Below, one piece after another: positions 51,703 through 62,765 of a DNA stretch of 64,000 bases. The notes under the pieces are model-generated. The model was not told where the DNA came from and did no database searches. It worked only from the letters and a program-made list of their open reading frames with translations. Positions within the stretch are counted from its first letter, which is position 1. Every line of letters begins with the position of its first letter. The stretch covers positions 11,222,001-11,286,000 of the forward strand of contig JBHGNT010000007.1 of the NCBI GenBank assembly GCA_043228905.1. The letters run 5' to 3'. This stretch comes from Azolla caroliniana (taxonomy: Eukaryota > Plantae > Polypodiophyta). A program made the translations under genes and the position numbers.

Positions 51703-54700
51703 TCAATCTATAAGCAAATCAGGCAGAGCAGGCTCCTCTGGCGCTGATTGTTCTAGACTGTTTTCATTCGTGTCATCTCCAAGCTCTCCCGAATCTGATG
51801 TATGGTCAAACTATGCTACATCTTCCAGGTCCACCAGCTCCCCTGCTTCTTCATCAATTGGTTCCATTGGTTCTCGTGAAGTCATCTGGAACATCTCTGT
51901 CTCGTTGATGTGTTTTGCTCTGACTTCTTGATCCTGATCTGGACAGTCCTAGATTCCTGTGATCCTCATTTTGATTAAGTTAACTTGAGCAGGGTCCTTC
52001 TCCAATGCAACACAGTTTCTAAACATCTTAAATGCACAAGCTGTCGTTGTACCTAATGGTCGCATGAACACAAACAAGTATATATAAGAAGTAACGTCTT
52101 AAACTTGATTGACAGGATTGAAATTAAATATATATATTATACATGTGCCAGAGAACAAGTCTAGGACCCAATCATCTGGATTCGAGAAGAGCTCTATGAG
52201 GCGGTTGATCAATCTTTGAGGTTTTTGATAAGGGTTCACCATAATTTTATCCCCTGACACATGTCTTAATTTTTTGGTTACGGCTGGGCACACGATGTAG
52301 TTAACCACGTTACGCTCATTGACATGTGCTCTAGCCTTCTTCTTTGTAATTGAATCATAGTAGCCCACACAAAAATGTTCGACCGCACTAACCATTCGAT
52401 CGCCAGGGCTACGTGTAATATTTGTTTTGATCCTATAGAGAAAGAAAATCAAGTATTAGAGGTGTAAATGTGTACATATAATAAGAAGTACTGTAATGAG
52501 TAAAAGCGAACTATAACGCACCAATGCATATGTTCAGTGGCATGACAACGGGACTTCAAAGCTGTTGTGACTGACAGTGATTGCCCCATGCTATGAAATA
52601 TGACTATCCTCCACAAGGGGGCCAATGTCAGTTCTGCGAAATCCTTTACCATTTTCTCGATCTGAGGGTACTTGAAAGGCACATCATCATATATTGATCC
52701 CGTAATACGGAAACTATATGGTATGTCAGCTATCAGCAAAGTGTAGTGCCTTCTCGGTAACAGTTCGAGCATCTGGGATACTTCGCCATTGAAAACACTA
52801 TAATGAAGCAGTTTGAAAGGATCGAACCTATGCAAAAAACTCTTTACAGTCTCCGAATCCTCGGGCAGTTCCATTTCCTTCCCTTTGGTCATTCTCTTCT
52901 CATATTTCGCACGTTTTAAGTGCGTGATGAAGGCCGCTGGAATACCGTCATTATTGTCGTTGTTCTTTTTCGATTTTGATGGTTTCTGCAAGTGTCATTG
53001 TTGTTAGTAGGGAACATTACTTTCTAACATATTAACATTCAAAAGACACATACCCATTCTCTAAATACAATAAAATATTCCTCCAATTCCTTGTAGGAAG
53101 AAGTTATCGGGCAGGCTTGTTCAACTTCTTCCCATGTCGGTAAACTCAGTTTTTGCATCATCAACTCCTGAATCTTCATGTATACCTTGTGATTGCACAA
53201 TCAATATGAAATTAGAAATAAGATATTCAAAATAATTGAAGACTTTCATGAAAAGGTATACTATAAACACTTACTTTTGCAAGTCTGTTACCATCTCGTC
53301 CAAACTAAATTCCTTGGCGACCACTTGAGATAGCACGGATATTAACAATCTATCATCTTTGATACCTTGTAATGATCTCCAAGGTAAAAGTTTCATGTCC
53401 TCTGCTAACTCCTCGATTACCAAGTCGCTTTTTCCCTTGGTCTTTGATTTCATCTCAACTTGTGGATCAATTCTTCCCTTTTTTGATCTTTGCCCCTTGA
53501 CTTCTTTCCGCTCCCACATAGAGAATATTTTGTCTTGGAGATCCCACACCTCTCCGGTCCGAAAAGCTAGTTGAAACCAAGAATCATATTTTCGGAGACC
53601 TTCGGATTTGGTACTCTCATCCACTGAAATCCCTACTTCCAATAAACACTGACGTCGCAATCCAGGCCACAATCTTGGACCAAAACGATTCAAGGCATCG
53701 AGGTATTCATGATGAAAAAATCTTATCCTCTCTATACATGACATCTTTTGCCTATAATCGTTGTCATTGTTATGGTCCCATGCGAGCAGCTTCGCCTCCT
53801 TGTGAGTTAGTCCTGCATATACCTTACATTCGGCGTATTTGAAAAACAGCGTGAGAGGATATTCTTTGACAAGCTGTCGTCGAGCTTCGGCCGAATGTGA
53901 TCCTCCGATTACATAGTATGTGTAATCGTCTGTAGAGCTATACTTGAAATCTGCTACTGTTGGGCATTGTTCTTGATCAACCATTACCAAAAATGGCACC
54001 ACAGTAGCGTGAGGATTGATTTTCATTTTGCTTTTCAAGTTTTGCACATGGACGGAGTGCGGCTCCCTAATTTCCAAGGGACGTCTTCCAGTCACGGGGT
54101 CAATGGAGGGCCTTTGGATAGAAGTAATGGGCAAATGAAATAGCTGGCCCCTGCACACAAGTTTAGTCTTCACAATATTTTCTCTTATTTTATTTTGTTC
54201 TGACGTCAGGACACCAGAAGATAGTTGTCCGCCTGGAGCCACGACGTCGACTTGTTGGTCGTCTTCTTCTTCCACGAACTCTAATATTTCTTCTTCTTCT
54301 TCTTTGGGTCATGGTCGTTTAGTATATTTCTTTTGAACAGGATTTGTCTTCCTAGACTTTTTCGGTGGAGTTTCTGCTTCACCGGTCATCATCTCTCCTG
54401 TCACGTACGACTGAAGAGCTACCAACAAGTTATTTTTCGTTTGCAGGTCTTTACGCAAAGCCTTGGGATTGCAAGATTCGGGTATTAGGTTTCCCTCATC
54501 AAGTCGCAATCGCCTGTTGCCAACTGAGCTCGAGACGTCGATTAAAATACTTGTAGAGTCAATGTCTTCGTACTCTAGCTTGGTTACATGCCCGTAATTA
54601 AATGTTTTTCAAGCTGAAGTTTCCCTTCCCCGTCCGATTTTGCTGTTATCAATAACAACACCCCATCCTCCTCGACATAAGAGAGACACCATTCAAGTTT

Positions 54701-55325
54701 GGGGTAATCCTTATATTTCACCTCAACCGTTTTCTCCTCTTGCGTAGTACCTTTGTTGATTTTGGTAGTAGCCACAGATGACTTGGATCCTCCTTCCCCC
54801 GTTGAGTCAAATAAATTCTTTTTACTCCTGTCCTTCATGAAGGAGCCAGAATCTCGTTTTGTCAGAGATCGAATCTTCAATCTAAATGAAGGAACTTTTT
54901 GTCTGGGTTCACTGAAATTAAAAACGTTGGTGAAAACATAGAAACAACGTACAATTTTATCTAAATCACGCAAATTATCATTTAAATTACGTCAATTTTA
55001 TGGTCCCATGCGATAGTTTTTTATCGCAAAAACAACATTTTTTTCAACCAAAAACAAAATCCGATGCACTGCATCGGATTTTGGGGATTTTGCGTTACCG
55101 AAATCCGGTGCACTGCATCGGATTTTGGTTGAAAGGCATGACTTTCAACGCAAATCCGATGCACTGCATCGGATTTTGGTTGAAGGTCCTGGCTTTGAGA
55201 ATTGCTTTCCAAATTCGTTGTACAAAATAAAATAAAATTTCTATGTGTTGAGGAAAGGAATCTTTAGGAATCTTAAAAAATGTAATGAATATTACTAACC
55301 TGACGATTTTCTTTCCCTTGTTCAT
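51703..55325 (-). pseudogene. Spliced gene for a ParB/Srx-like domain fused to a beta-class N4C/N6A DNA methyltransferase (N6_N4_Mtase-like)
   Basis: Exons 55325-55300, 54911-53275, 53192-53054, 52985-52522, 52432-52143 and 52052-~51703, with consistent phases. ParB-like YYVIGGSHSAEA..KEAKLLAWDHN. Motif IV LLIADIPY; WIK..VEH; NPYQKP..LIELFSNPDDWVLDLFSGTxTT..RNCVALEKD..KMRI. Lesions: frameshift ~54620, TGA 54309, acceptor AG>AA at 53193, TAG 51949. Confidence 0.85.
55056..55180. repeat. Three copies of a ~26-bp palindrome, aaatccgatgca-c-tgcatcggattt
   Basis: Copies at 55056-55082, 55101-55126 (one mismatch) and 55152-55177, within intron 1 of the methyltransferase gene. Confidence 0.95.
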
Positions 55326-55622
55326 GGTTCGTGCCGGAGGTAGTGCTGTCCACGATGTGCTTCTGAGTGCTCGAAAATTGGCCTGTGCTCTGAGCTCGAT
55401 GGATTCTTTCACGTGATAATGAAAATGAAATTTCTAACCTCCTTATATAGAAGACTTTAGCATTCTTTTTAAAATAAAAAATAATTTTTAATTATTTGTT
55501 TTTTAGGAAAATTTCGGAAAATAATATAGTTAATCTAAGTGTTCGGGTAGTTATATAGTTAGGCTTCAGCATTCCTTCATTTTCTCAAAAGAAGATTTTA
55601 GAATACAGTTAGACTCCCTCAA
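55326..55622. promoter_or_regulatory. Probable bidirectional promoter between the methyltransferase and transposase genes
   Basis: About 300 bp of AT-rich spacer between divergent ATGs at 55325 (-) and 55623 (+). TATA-like ttatatag at 55443 and ~55551. Confidence 0.45.
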
Positions 55623-58294
55623 ATGTCTTCTTCTACAAGTAGAACATCTCTTTTTTCTATTGCCCCCTTTTCATTGTCAGACAACTCATATTTCTCAATA
55701 GAAGAGTAGACCACAAAAAACATTCGCGGCTTAAACAGAAAAGTGTGGCTCCTAGTACTTCGAATTCTTTGTTTTCAATTGATCCTGTTGATGGCCCTCT
55801 TCATGCAAGCTTACAAGCGGACGATTCTTCGTCGATAGATAACAATAGCATTACTAAACCTCTAGCATTTAAAAGAGTTCCTCGACAAGTTAGTGAAAAG
55901 AGATTTAATTTCTGATGTTCTGATCGTCAACTTCTATGCGACTTGAACAAATCGTGTTGTGCGAATCTCTGTCTATCAACTTATGGAAAGTCAAGGTTAC
56001 ATGAAACACGACAAAAATACTTGTCGCTTAATGGGGAAGAGCAAGATACATTTCTTCTTTTGCATATGCAACTTAAATTGGATCACAAAGCAGGGCCTAA
56101 TTCAACGCAAGTTGAATATTTCCTTGGACTATATACCAACTGTTGTCGAGTAGCTTTTAAAATCACTCATAGCATTGGAAATATGCGGCTGCAACGAGTT
56201 CAAGAGCGACTTGTGAAGGGCTCCTGGGTACAGTTCGATCAAAATGGTTCTGGATGTAAGGGTCAAATTGGGCAACAGGCAATTAGGTGGATGGAGGTAT
56301 ATTTTTCAAAACAGTGCGAAGTTATGCCAACGACAGGAAGACTTCATTTGTCAGATAACTTTACTCGAAGGGAAGTTTACCAATCGTACAAGGACGACAT
56401 GTCTTCCGATGTTGAGCCTTACATACAGTACAGGCATTTTAATTGACTATGGAGGTTACAATTTAATAACGTGGTTATCCCACGAAAGGTGCGAATGGGA
56501 GTCTGCTCAATATGTGCGAGTTTAAAAAGTATGGCCAAGGGTGGAAAATCAGATGTAGAGATCAAGAATTACAAGAACCTGTTAAAAGAACATCGTGAAA
56601 GTCAGGCATTGGAACGTACTAAGGCTATGCATCACCGACAAAAAGCGTTTCAATCTCCCGAAAAGTATATGTGCATGATTATTGACAGCATGGATCAAAA
56701 GAAAACTTGTTTGCCGCATTTTCAAAGACTCCCCAAGGATATTGGAGATGAGTGTCTCGTGCAAATGCATCTAGTGGGTTGTTTGACATACTGTCAAACT
56801 ATAAGACCGCAAGTGTTCTTAACTTATCCCAATATCCACAACGACCCTAATCTTACTGTCACTGTCATGCACAGGGTATTGCAATCATGGTCAGGTATAC
56901 TCCCGCCAGTTCTATATGTGCAACTAGACAACACAGCAAGAGAGAATAAGAACTCAATTGTCTTCGGCTATCTAAGCATGCTAGTAGAGAGGGGCATCTT
57001 TAAAAAGATAAAGGTTAACTTCTTGTTGGTTGGTCATACCCATGATCACATAGATCAAATGTTCAGTAGGTTCTCAAAGAAACTTGCTCGCTGTAATGCT
57101 TTCACACTTCCCACGCTATCCAAATTGATTAGTGAAGCATATACACCAAAGCCTGAAGTACAACATTCGGAAGAAGTATACGACTTTAATTGTTTCTGCA
57201 TGGATAGTGACGAGACTAAAGGTAGGGTGCTTGCACCTCTTAATAATATAAGTTTCAACCATGTCTTCCTCATAAAACAAAGATCGGCCCACCTGAAGAT
57301 GACGGTGTTGTTTGCGAAACAATACTCATCTAGTGCACAATGGGAGCCCCAAGAAGGTTGTAGGCTCCTTCTTCATATCCTAGATGAACCTCTACATGGT
57401 GCACAACAAATGCCATATGATGATCGTAAAAATGTAGCACCAAATAGTACTATTGATGAACAAAGGGCATATTGGTTGAGATGTCTAGTAGAGAAACAAA
57501 ATAATATTGATCGGACTAAGAAGTATGCCGGTGATGAGGATGTTGAATGGTGGGAGATTTTCTTCACCCATCAATGCACCATTTTAGATAATTACATCGC
57601 CGGTTTATGGCCAATCCGTATCCCATTCACATGGAACATTGGGATGACATCAACGATATCACAGACTCATCACCAACAATCGAATAATATGGAGCTTCAT
57701 GATTTAGTTCGGCCACTGCAAAGAGATATTTATGTGGGACCAAGAAAGTCATGTACTGTTGAGGCAAGATGGCAAGGTAATTTGCAAGAACTACAAGTGG
57801 GAATGTTGGTTGCAACATTAGCAGGGGACGATACCTTGGGCCATCCATTTTGGATTGCAAAAATTATTGAATTAGTAAGGGATGAAGAAAGTAGTCAGAC
57901 AAAGTCAATAGTAGTCCATTGGTATCAGATAAATTCAACTGATGCATTTACAGGAAAGTATTCTTTAGAGATGGTTAAGGATGTCGGATGTTCAAGCAGA
58001 AAGAGAAGAAGAAAGAATATACCGAGCACGACTACTCTCGCACTAGACCGTGTTGACATACTAGTATATGACTTCTCATTGACAAAATCAGGTCATCTAA
58101 GACAAGCAACTATCAAGATAATAAAGGAGAAAATCCCAAACATGGTGTCAAACGAAATACAGAGAATAACCAGAAGCAATTCTCATAACCACAAAGATGT
58201 TGGGTTGGAATTGGATGAGGATAATGCTTTGATTGCCACTGATGATGAGGATGAGATGTCAGAATGCTCTTCTAGTCCATCAGACATGTCTTAA
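55623..58294 (+). pseudogene. Sola1-like (DUF7869-type) DDD transposase with Cys clusters and a possible C-terminal BAH/Tudor-like domain
   Basis: ORFs 55943-56446 and 56471-58294 share a frame across TGA 56444. Motifs IDSMDQKK, QLDNTARENKN, FLLVGHTHDHIDQMFS, CSIC, and C-terminal GMLVA..PFWIAKI..VVHWY. The upstream part has a TGA at ~55914 and a frameshift. Confidence 0.8.
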
Positions 58295-59507
58295 TATATT
58301 GGTTTGGTTCAACGTTTTTGGGGATCGACGTTTTTGGGGGAGGGGAACAAAGTGTTGTCGAACCGAGCTCTACTGGCATCCGGTTTTCTCTCATTCTCTG
58401 TTTTCAGTTTCTGGTTGTGTTGCGAGCCTTCGTTTCGCGCTAGTACCCGTGTTCTCTCGATTAGAGGCTCGCTAGCGTGTGTGTGGGTGAGTATCAAGAG
58501 CTCGGAGCTCTATGTTGCTGACCGTGTCCGGTTGTAATCTTGCATTTTCCTATGTTAATTATTAGTCTTTGCCGAGTCTTTGCTCGTGCATGGTAATTCC
58601 ATGTCATTTCTGCTTTGTTGTGTGTTTGTCCCGTCCAGTTCTTGCGATTTCATCTCTCCTCTATTCTCGTTTGAGTGTGGGTGTTTGGTGTGCGAGTCCA
58701 TGTGCTCATGGCCTGCTATCTAACGACTTGCCTAGACCGAACAAGGCACCAATAACACGTGCCAATCCGACCCCAGAATACACTCTGAATAGTTCCTTTT
58801 CCCTACCGACTCCAGACTAGTGCTCCCCGGTGGACTTGCCTCGTTCTGACACATCCGCACAGAAATCCACGACAACGTCCATTTGGTGAAGATGCCACCC
58901 CCTTGCTGCGGCAACCGCTAGCACCACATGAACCGTCATCATCTTCGCTATCGGAGCGAATGTCTCGTCGTAATTGATTTCGTGGGTTTGTGCATATCCT
59001 TTGGCCACTAACCGGGCCTTGTACCGGTTGATCGAACCGTCAACATTGTACTTTACCTTGTATACCCACTTGCAACCAATCGATTTACAATGTTGGGGAG
59101 GGTCAACAAGGTCCCAGGTGTCGTTGGCATGGAGTGCCCGCATCTCTTCCTCCATTGGCATGCCAATGCGTGTCCTTTGCCACTTCTGTGTAGCTCTCCG
59201 GCTCACGCACTTTCGCCACTTTCATCATATACGCATAGTGATGTGCCATATACTCATTATAACTGCACTGTTTTACGAGGTTCTGCTAGCGGGTCGATTG
59301 GCGTAATTTTTCATTAGTTGTTTTCAAGGCCCTCTTGACCGACTTAGACTTCATTCCCGAAGGTCCATCTTCATTTTTATCTGAGTCGTATTCATTCCAT
59401 TTCGACTCGTCTCTGCCAGTGTCATATTGTGGGATCTTCTGCTTCCCCTTCTCTTTGCGCTCGTCTCCTCGGTTCCTTACGTGGGGAGAGCACGACTGAG
59501 TCTCCAT

Positions 59508-60708
59508 TACTCGCCGGCTCGTCGTCCAATTGGCCTTCTTCTTCTGGTCGGCTTTGTCATTTTTGACTTTGCCGCCGTTGTCGTTTGTTCCGACGTGTTC
59601 GGATTCGGCTTCATTTTCATGGTTGTCTCGCTTTTTGTTGTTGTTTCCTTCTCTCTAGCTCCTTGTCCAGTGCCATTACCTATTTTCTCGGTTTCCGTTC
59701 TCCCCCTCAAGTGTGGCATGTTGAGATGCTGTAACCCAAGAATCTCCGAAAAATGCTACAACTTGTCTGATTTGAGTGGCTTGGTGAAGATGTTGGCAAC
59801 CTGTCGATCCGTTCGAACATACCGAAGTTCGACTTCACCGCTTAGGACCCGCTCGTGCACTTCTATGTGCTTTGTGCAAGCATGGAACACAATAGATCGG
59901 GATCGGAGTTGGTACTTCCATCCAGAGGTCTTGTAGCAACCGTCGAAGCCATATGGCTTCACATGTGGCAACGATAGTGCCCCGCATCACCGGCCCAGTT
60001 AGCATCGGTATAACCAACGAGCTTTTTAGTTATACCGTGTCGATATAACAGTCCCCGGTCCTTAGTGCCACTAACATACTTGATTATTCGGTGCACACAC
60101 TTAAGGTGATCCATGGTCGGCTTCTACATAAACTGACTTATCATCCCAACTGTATAGCTGATGTCGGGTTGGGTGATAGTGATATAGATGAGGCTTCCAA
60201 AAATTTGTTGGAAATATTTCTCGTTGCAGGCTGGTTTGGAGTCGGGACGAAGCTTCAGGTTCTAGTCTAGGGGTTTGGGCACTGGTTGGGAGTCGATCAT
60301 GACGAACTTGTACAACATATTCAACACATAGTGTCGCTGTGAAAGCAATATGCCGTTGGGGGTATGGATCAACTGGATCCTGAGGAAATAATGAAGGTCC
60401 CCCAGGTCCTTCATTTCGAATGTATATGACAACTGAGACTTCACTCGGCCGATTTCAGCGAGTTCAGGTTCAGTGATAACTAGATCGTCCACATACAGCA
60501 AGATACATACTGGACCTTCCAGACCTTTCCGGATGAACAATGAAGAGTCTGACTTCGAGGTCACAAACCCCGTCTTTCGCAACCGGTGCATGATCTTCGA
60601 ATTCCAAGCATGGGGTGCTTGCATCAGGCCGTAAAGCGACTTCTTGAGTCGGCACATTGCCGACTGAAAACCGAGGGGCTGGATCATGTAGACCTTTTCT
60701 TCAAGATC
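59508..60708 (-). pseudogene. Second copia A-family RT/RNase H fragment
   Basis: LLYVDDLVIT and KHIEVH. Highly similar to 35870-37190. Cut at 60709 by a gypsy LTR. Confidence 0.85.
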
Positions 60709-61767
60709 TGTTAAGAGTCTATTACTAATCAATAGACCAAACTAAAGTAAAAGAAGGAAAATAGAATGGATAGAAGAACCTGTTCCACCCGACCACCCCC
60801 GAGCTATGATCTAGACATAGCCAACCTACCACTGACGTCCCATACCGCCGAATATTAGGATGACTAATACCTTGGAAGAGATAAACATGATCGTCGAGAT
60901 GAAAGCCTAGCCCGCACCACTGGTGTCTAAGACAACAACCTTCCGACGTAATGTGATTATGAGGGTAGCTAAGCCTCATATTTATACCTTTTCCTAGGCC
61001 CCTTGAATAGATGTGCCTTTCTAAAAGGCTCTCCATTCATTGGTTGTCCAAATCATGATAGTGCATGCACCTATCATTCCTTCTATCCAATCATTAGTCC
61101 CCTTTTTAACATTAGTGAACATACCATTCACTAATGTAAATATGGGTGACCTACCCTCACCAACGTTATGTGTACATAACATACTCCCCTACTTCAAAAG
61201 ATTGCACTCTTGCAATATAAAGTGAAGAAATTGTGCCTTAAGAGTATGCTCGCGTTCCCATGTGGCATCATCAATAGGTTTATCCATCCATTTGATCTTG
61301 AATAGCCGAATCTCTTTAGAACGTAAATGTTTAGTATGAGAATCAAGAATTTGTTTAGGAACATGCGGTTTGTAAGAAAAATCCTCTAATGTTACAAGAT
61401 CTTGGATTGTGATGGTGTTATCACGAGAGCCTAAAAATGATTTTAGACGACTGACGTGAAAAACAGGATGAATACCAACGTTACAGGGTAAGGCAAGGTG
61501 ATAAGAAGATGACCCAACCCGCTTAAGTATCTCAAATGGGCCACAATATCGTGGGGCTAACTTAGCGCACTTGCCCGTAGACAATGAAGTAGAGTTAGTA
61601 GGGACACACAAAATAACTTTTTGACCCGTAGTAAATGCATGAGGACGTCTATCCTGATCAGCATAAAATCGAGCACGATCTTGAGCTGTCTTGACATTCT
61701 CTTTGGCAATATGCAACATTTGGTTCATGTCTTGCAAAAAATTGCGTGTACTATCTAATGTATCACA
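60709..61767 (-). mobile_element. 3' end of a chromovirus gypsy element (integrase tail, chromodomain, PPT, LTR)
   Basis: LTR 60709-61181, PPT at 61182-61190. KLAPRYCGPFEI, IHPVFHVSRLK and chromodomain IKWMDKPIDDATWE. Confidence 0.88.
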
Positions 61768-62765
61768 ATGAATCGCTTCAAAGCACGGCTCGTTGCGAAA
61801 GGCTACACGCAAATGCACGACATAGACTATGAAGAAACCTTTGCCTCGGTGGCAAAGATGACAACTGTACGGACAGTAATTGCACTCGTTGCAGCGAAGG
61901 GATGACACCTCCACCAGATGGACATGAAAAATGATTTCCTCCAAGGAGAGTTAGAAGAAGAGGTGTACATGATACAACCACCCGGATTCGAATCGCGTAA
62001 ACATCTGCACGCCGTATGCCATCTCAAGAAACCACTCTACGGCCTCAAATAAGCACCGCGTGCTTGGCATTCGAAGATCACGCAGTATCTTCATCAAGTC
62101 GGATTTTGGATGTCAACTGATCGGTAGTTTGATCTATCTAACCATTACGTGACCCGACCTCAATTATTCAGTCGGCCTACTTAGCCAATTCATGCAGAAT
62201 CCGCGAAACCTTCATCTTGATTGTGCTAAGAGGATACTACCGTATGTAAGTACGACAATGGCCTATGGCATCATGTATAAGTCAAACACGACTATTCGAC
62301 TCGAAGGGTACACCGACGCGGATTGGGCAAGCTATAAAGCGGATAGACGATCCACCTCCGTATTTGTCTTCTCCCTCAACAGTGGAGCAATCTCCTAGAG
62401 CAGCAAGAAACAACCGACAGTCGCACTGTCGAGCACGGAACCCGAATATAGGGGCGCAACAGTCGCCGCATGCGAAGCCGTATGGCTTAAACACATACTA
62501 AAGGATCTGGGCATTCCCATCAACGATCCAATTCGTCTCTACTGTGACAACATTAGCAGTATCTACCTGGCGTGGAACCCCGTATTTCAAACGTGGACTA
62601 AACATATCGAAGTGCATTACCACTTCATCCGCGAGCGCGTAAAGGCCGGCGAGATTGACCTACAACATACCAGTACGCACCTCCAAGTTGATGATATATT
62701 TACGAAGGCCTTAGGAATCGACAAGCTTGGGCAATTTGCATCGAACCTTGGTCTCATGACATCTA
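61768..62765 (+). pseudogene. copia RT/RNase H fragment of the 746-6291 family, with an internal deletion at ~62115
   Basis: DYEETFA.VAKMTTVRTV, YTDADWA and KHIEVHYHF. Confidence 0.85.

Larger units (their letters stand above)
50940..58300. mobile_element. Putative DNA transposon carrying a Sola1-like transposase and a ParB-like/amino-methyltransferase gene
   Basis: Non-retroelement segment that starts where the copia C LTR is cut and ends just before LTR B resumes. Contains two divergent genes. No TIR or TSD identified, so the boundaries are inferred. Confidence 0.7.
37199..58874. mobile_element. Element B, probably a solo LTR (37199-37217 + ~58309-58874), that hosts further insertions
   Basis: Ends tgttgtgtgga..tccacgaca with flanks acat (37195-37198) and acgt (58875-58878). 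tcgac at 37213 reappears as tcaac at 58309. Confidence 0.65.
35048..59507 (-). mobile_element. Copia A (3' LTR, RNase H, RT), with its RT split by a 21.7-kb nested insertion
   Basis: LTR 35048-35457, PPT 35458-35466, RNase H and RT to 37198. RT resumes at 58875 exactly within HQMDV|KNAFL, with 4-bp TSD acat/acgt. Confidence 0.85.

Noticed and set aside
50940-58300. Bacterial or phage contamination, or a restriction-modification operon
   Set aside because: The methyltransferase gene has in-phase GT-AG introns, shows plant-type C>T decay, is embedded in plant LTR elements, and has no adjacent restriction endonuclease.
61189-61944. Single 251-aa protein
   Set aside because: Chimeric ORF: antisense copia RT sequence joined at ~61767 to a chromovirus integrase tail.
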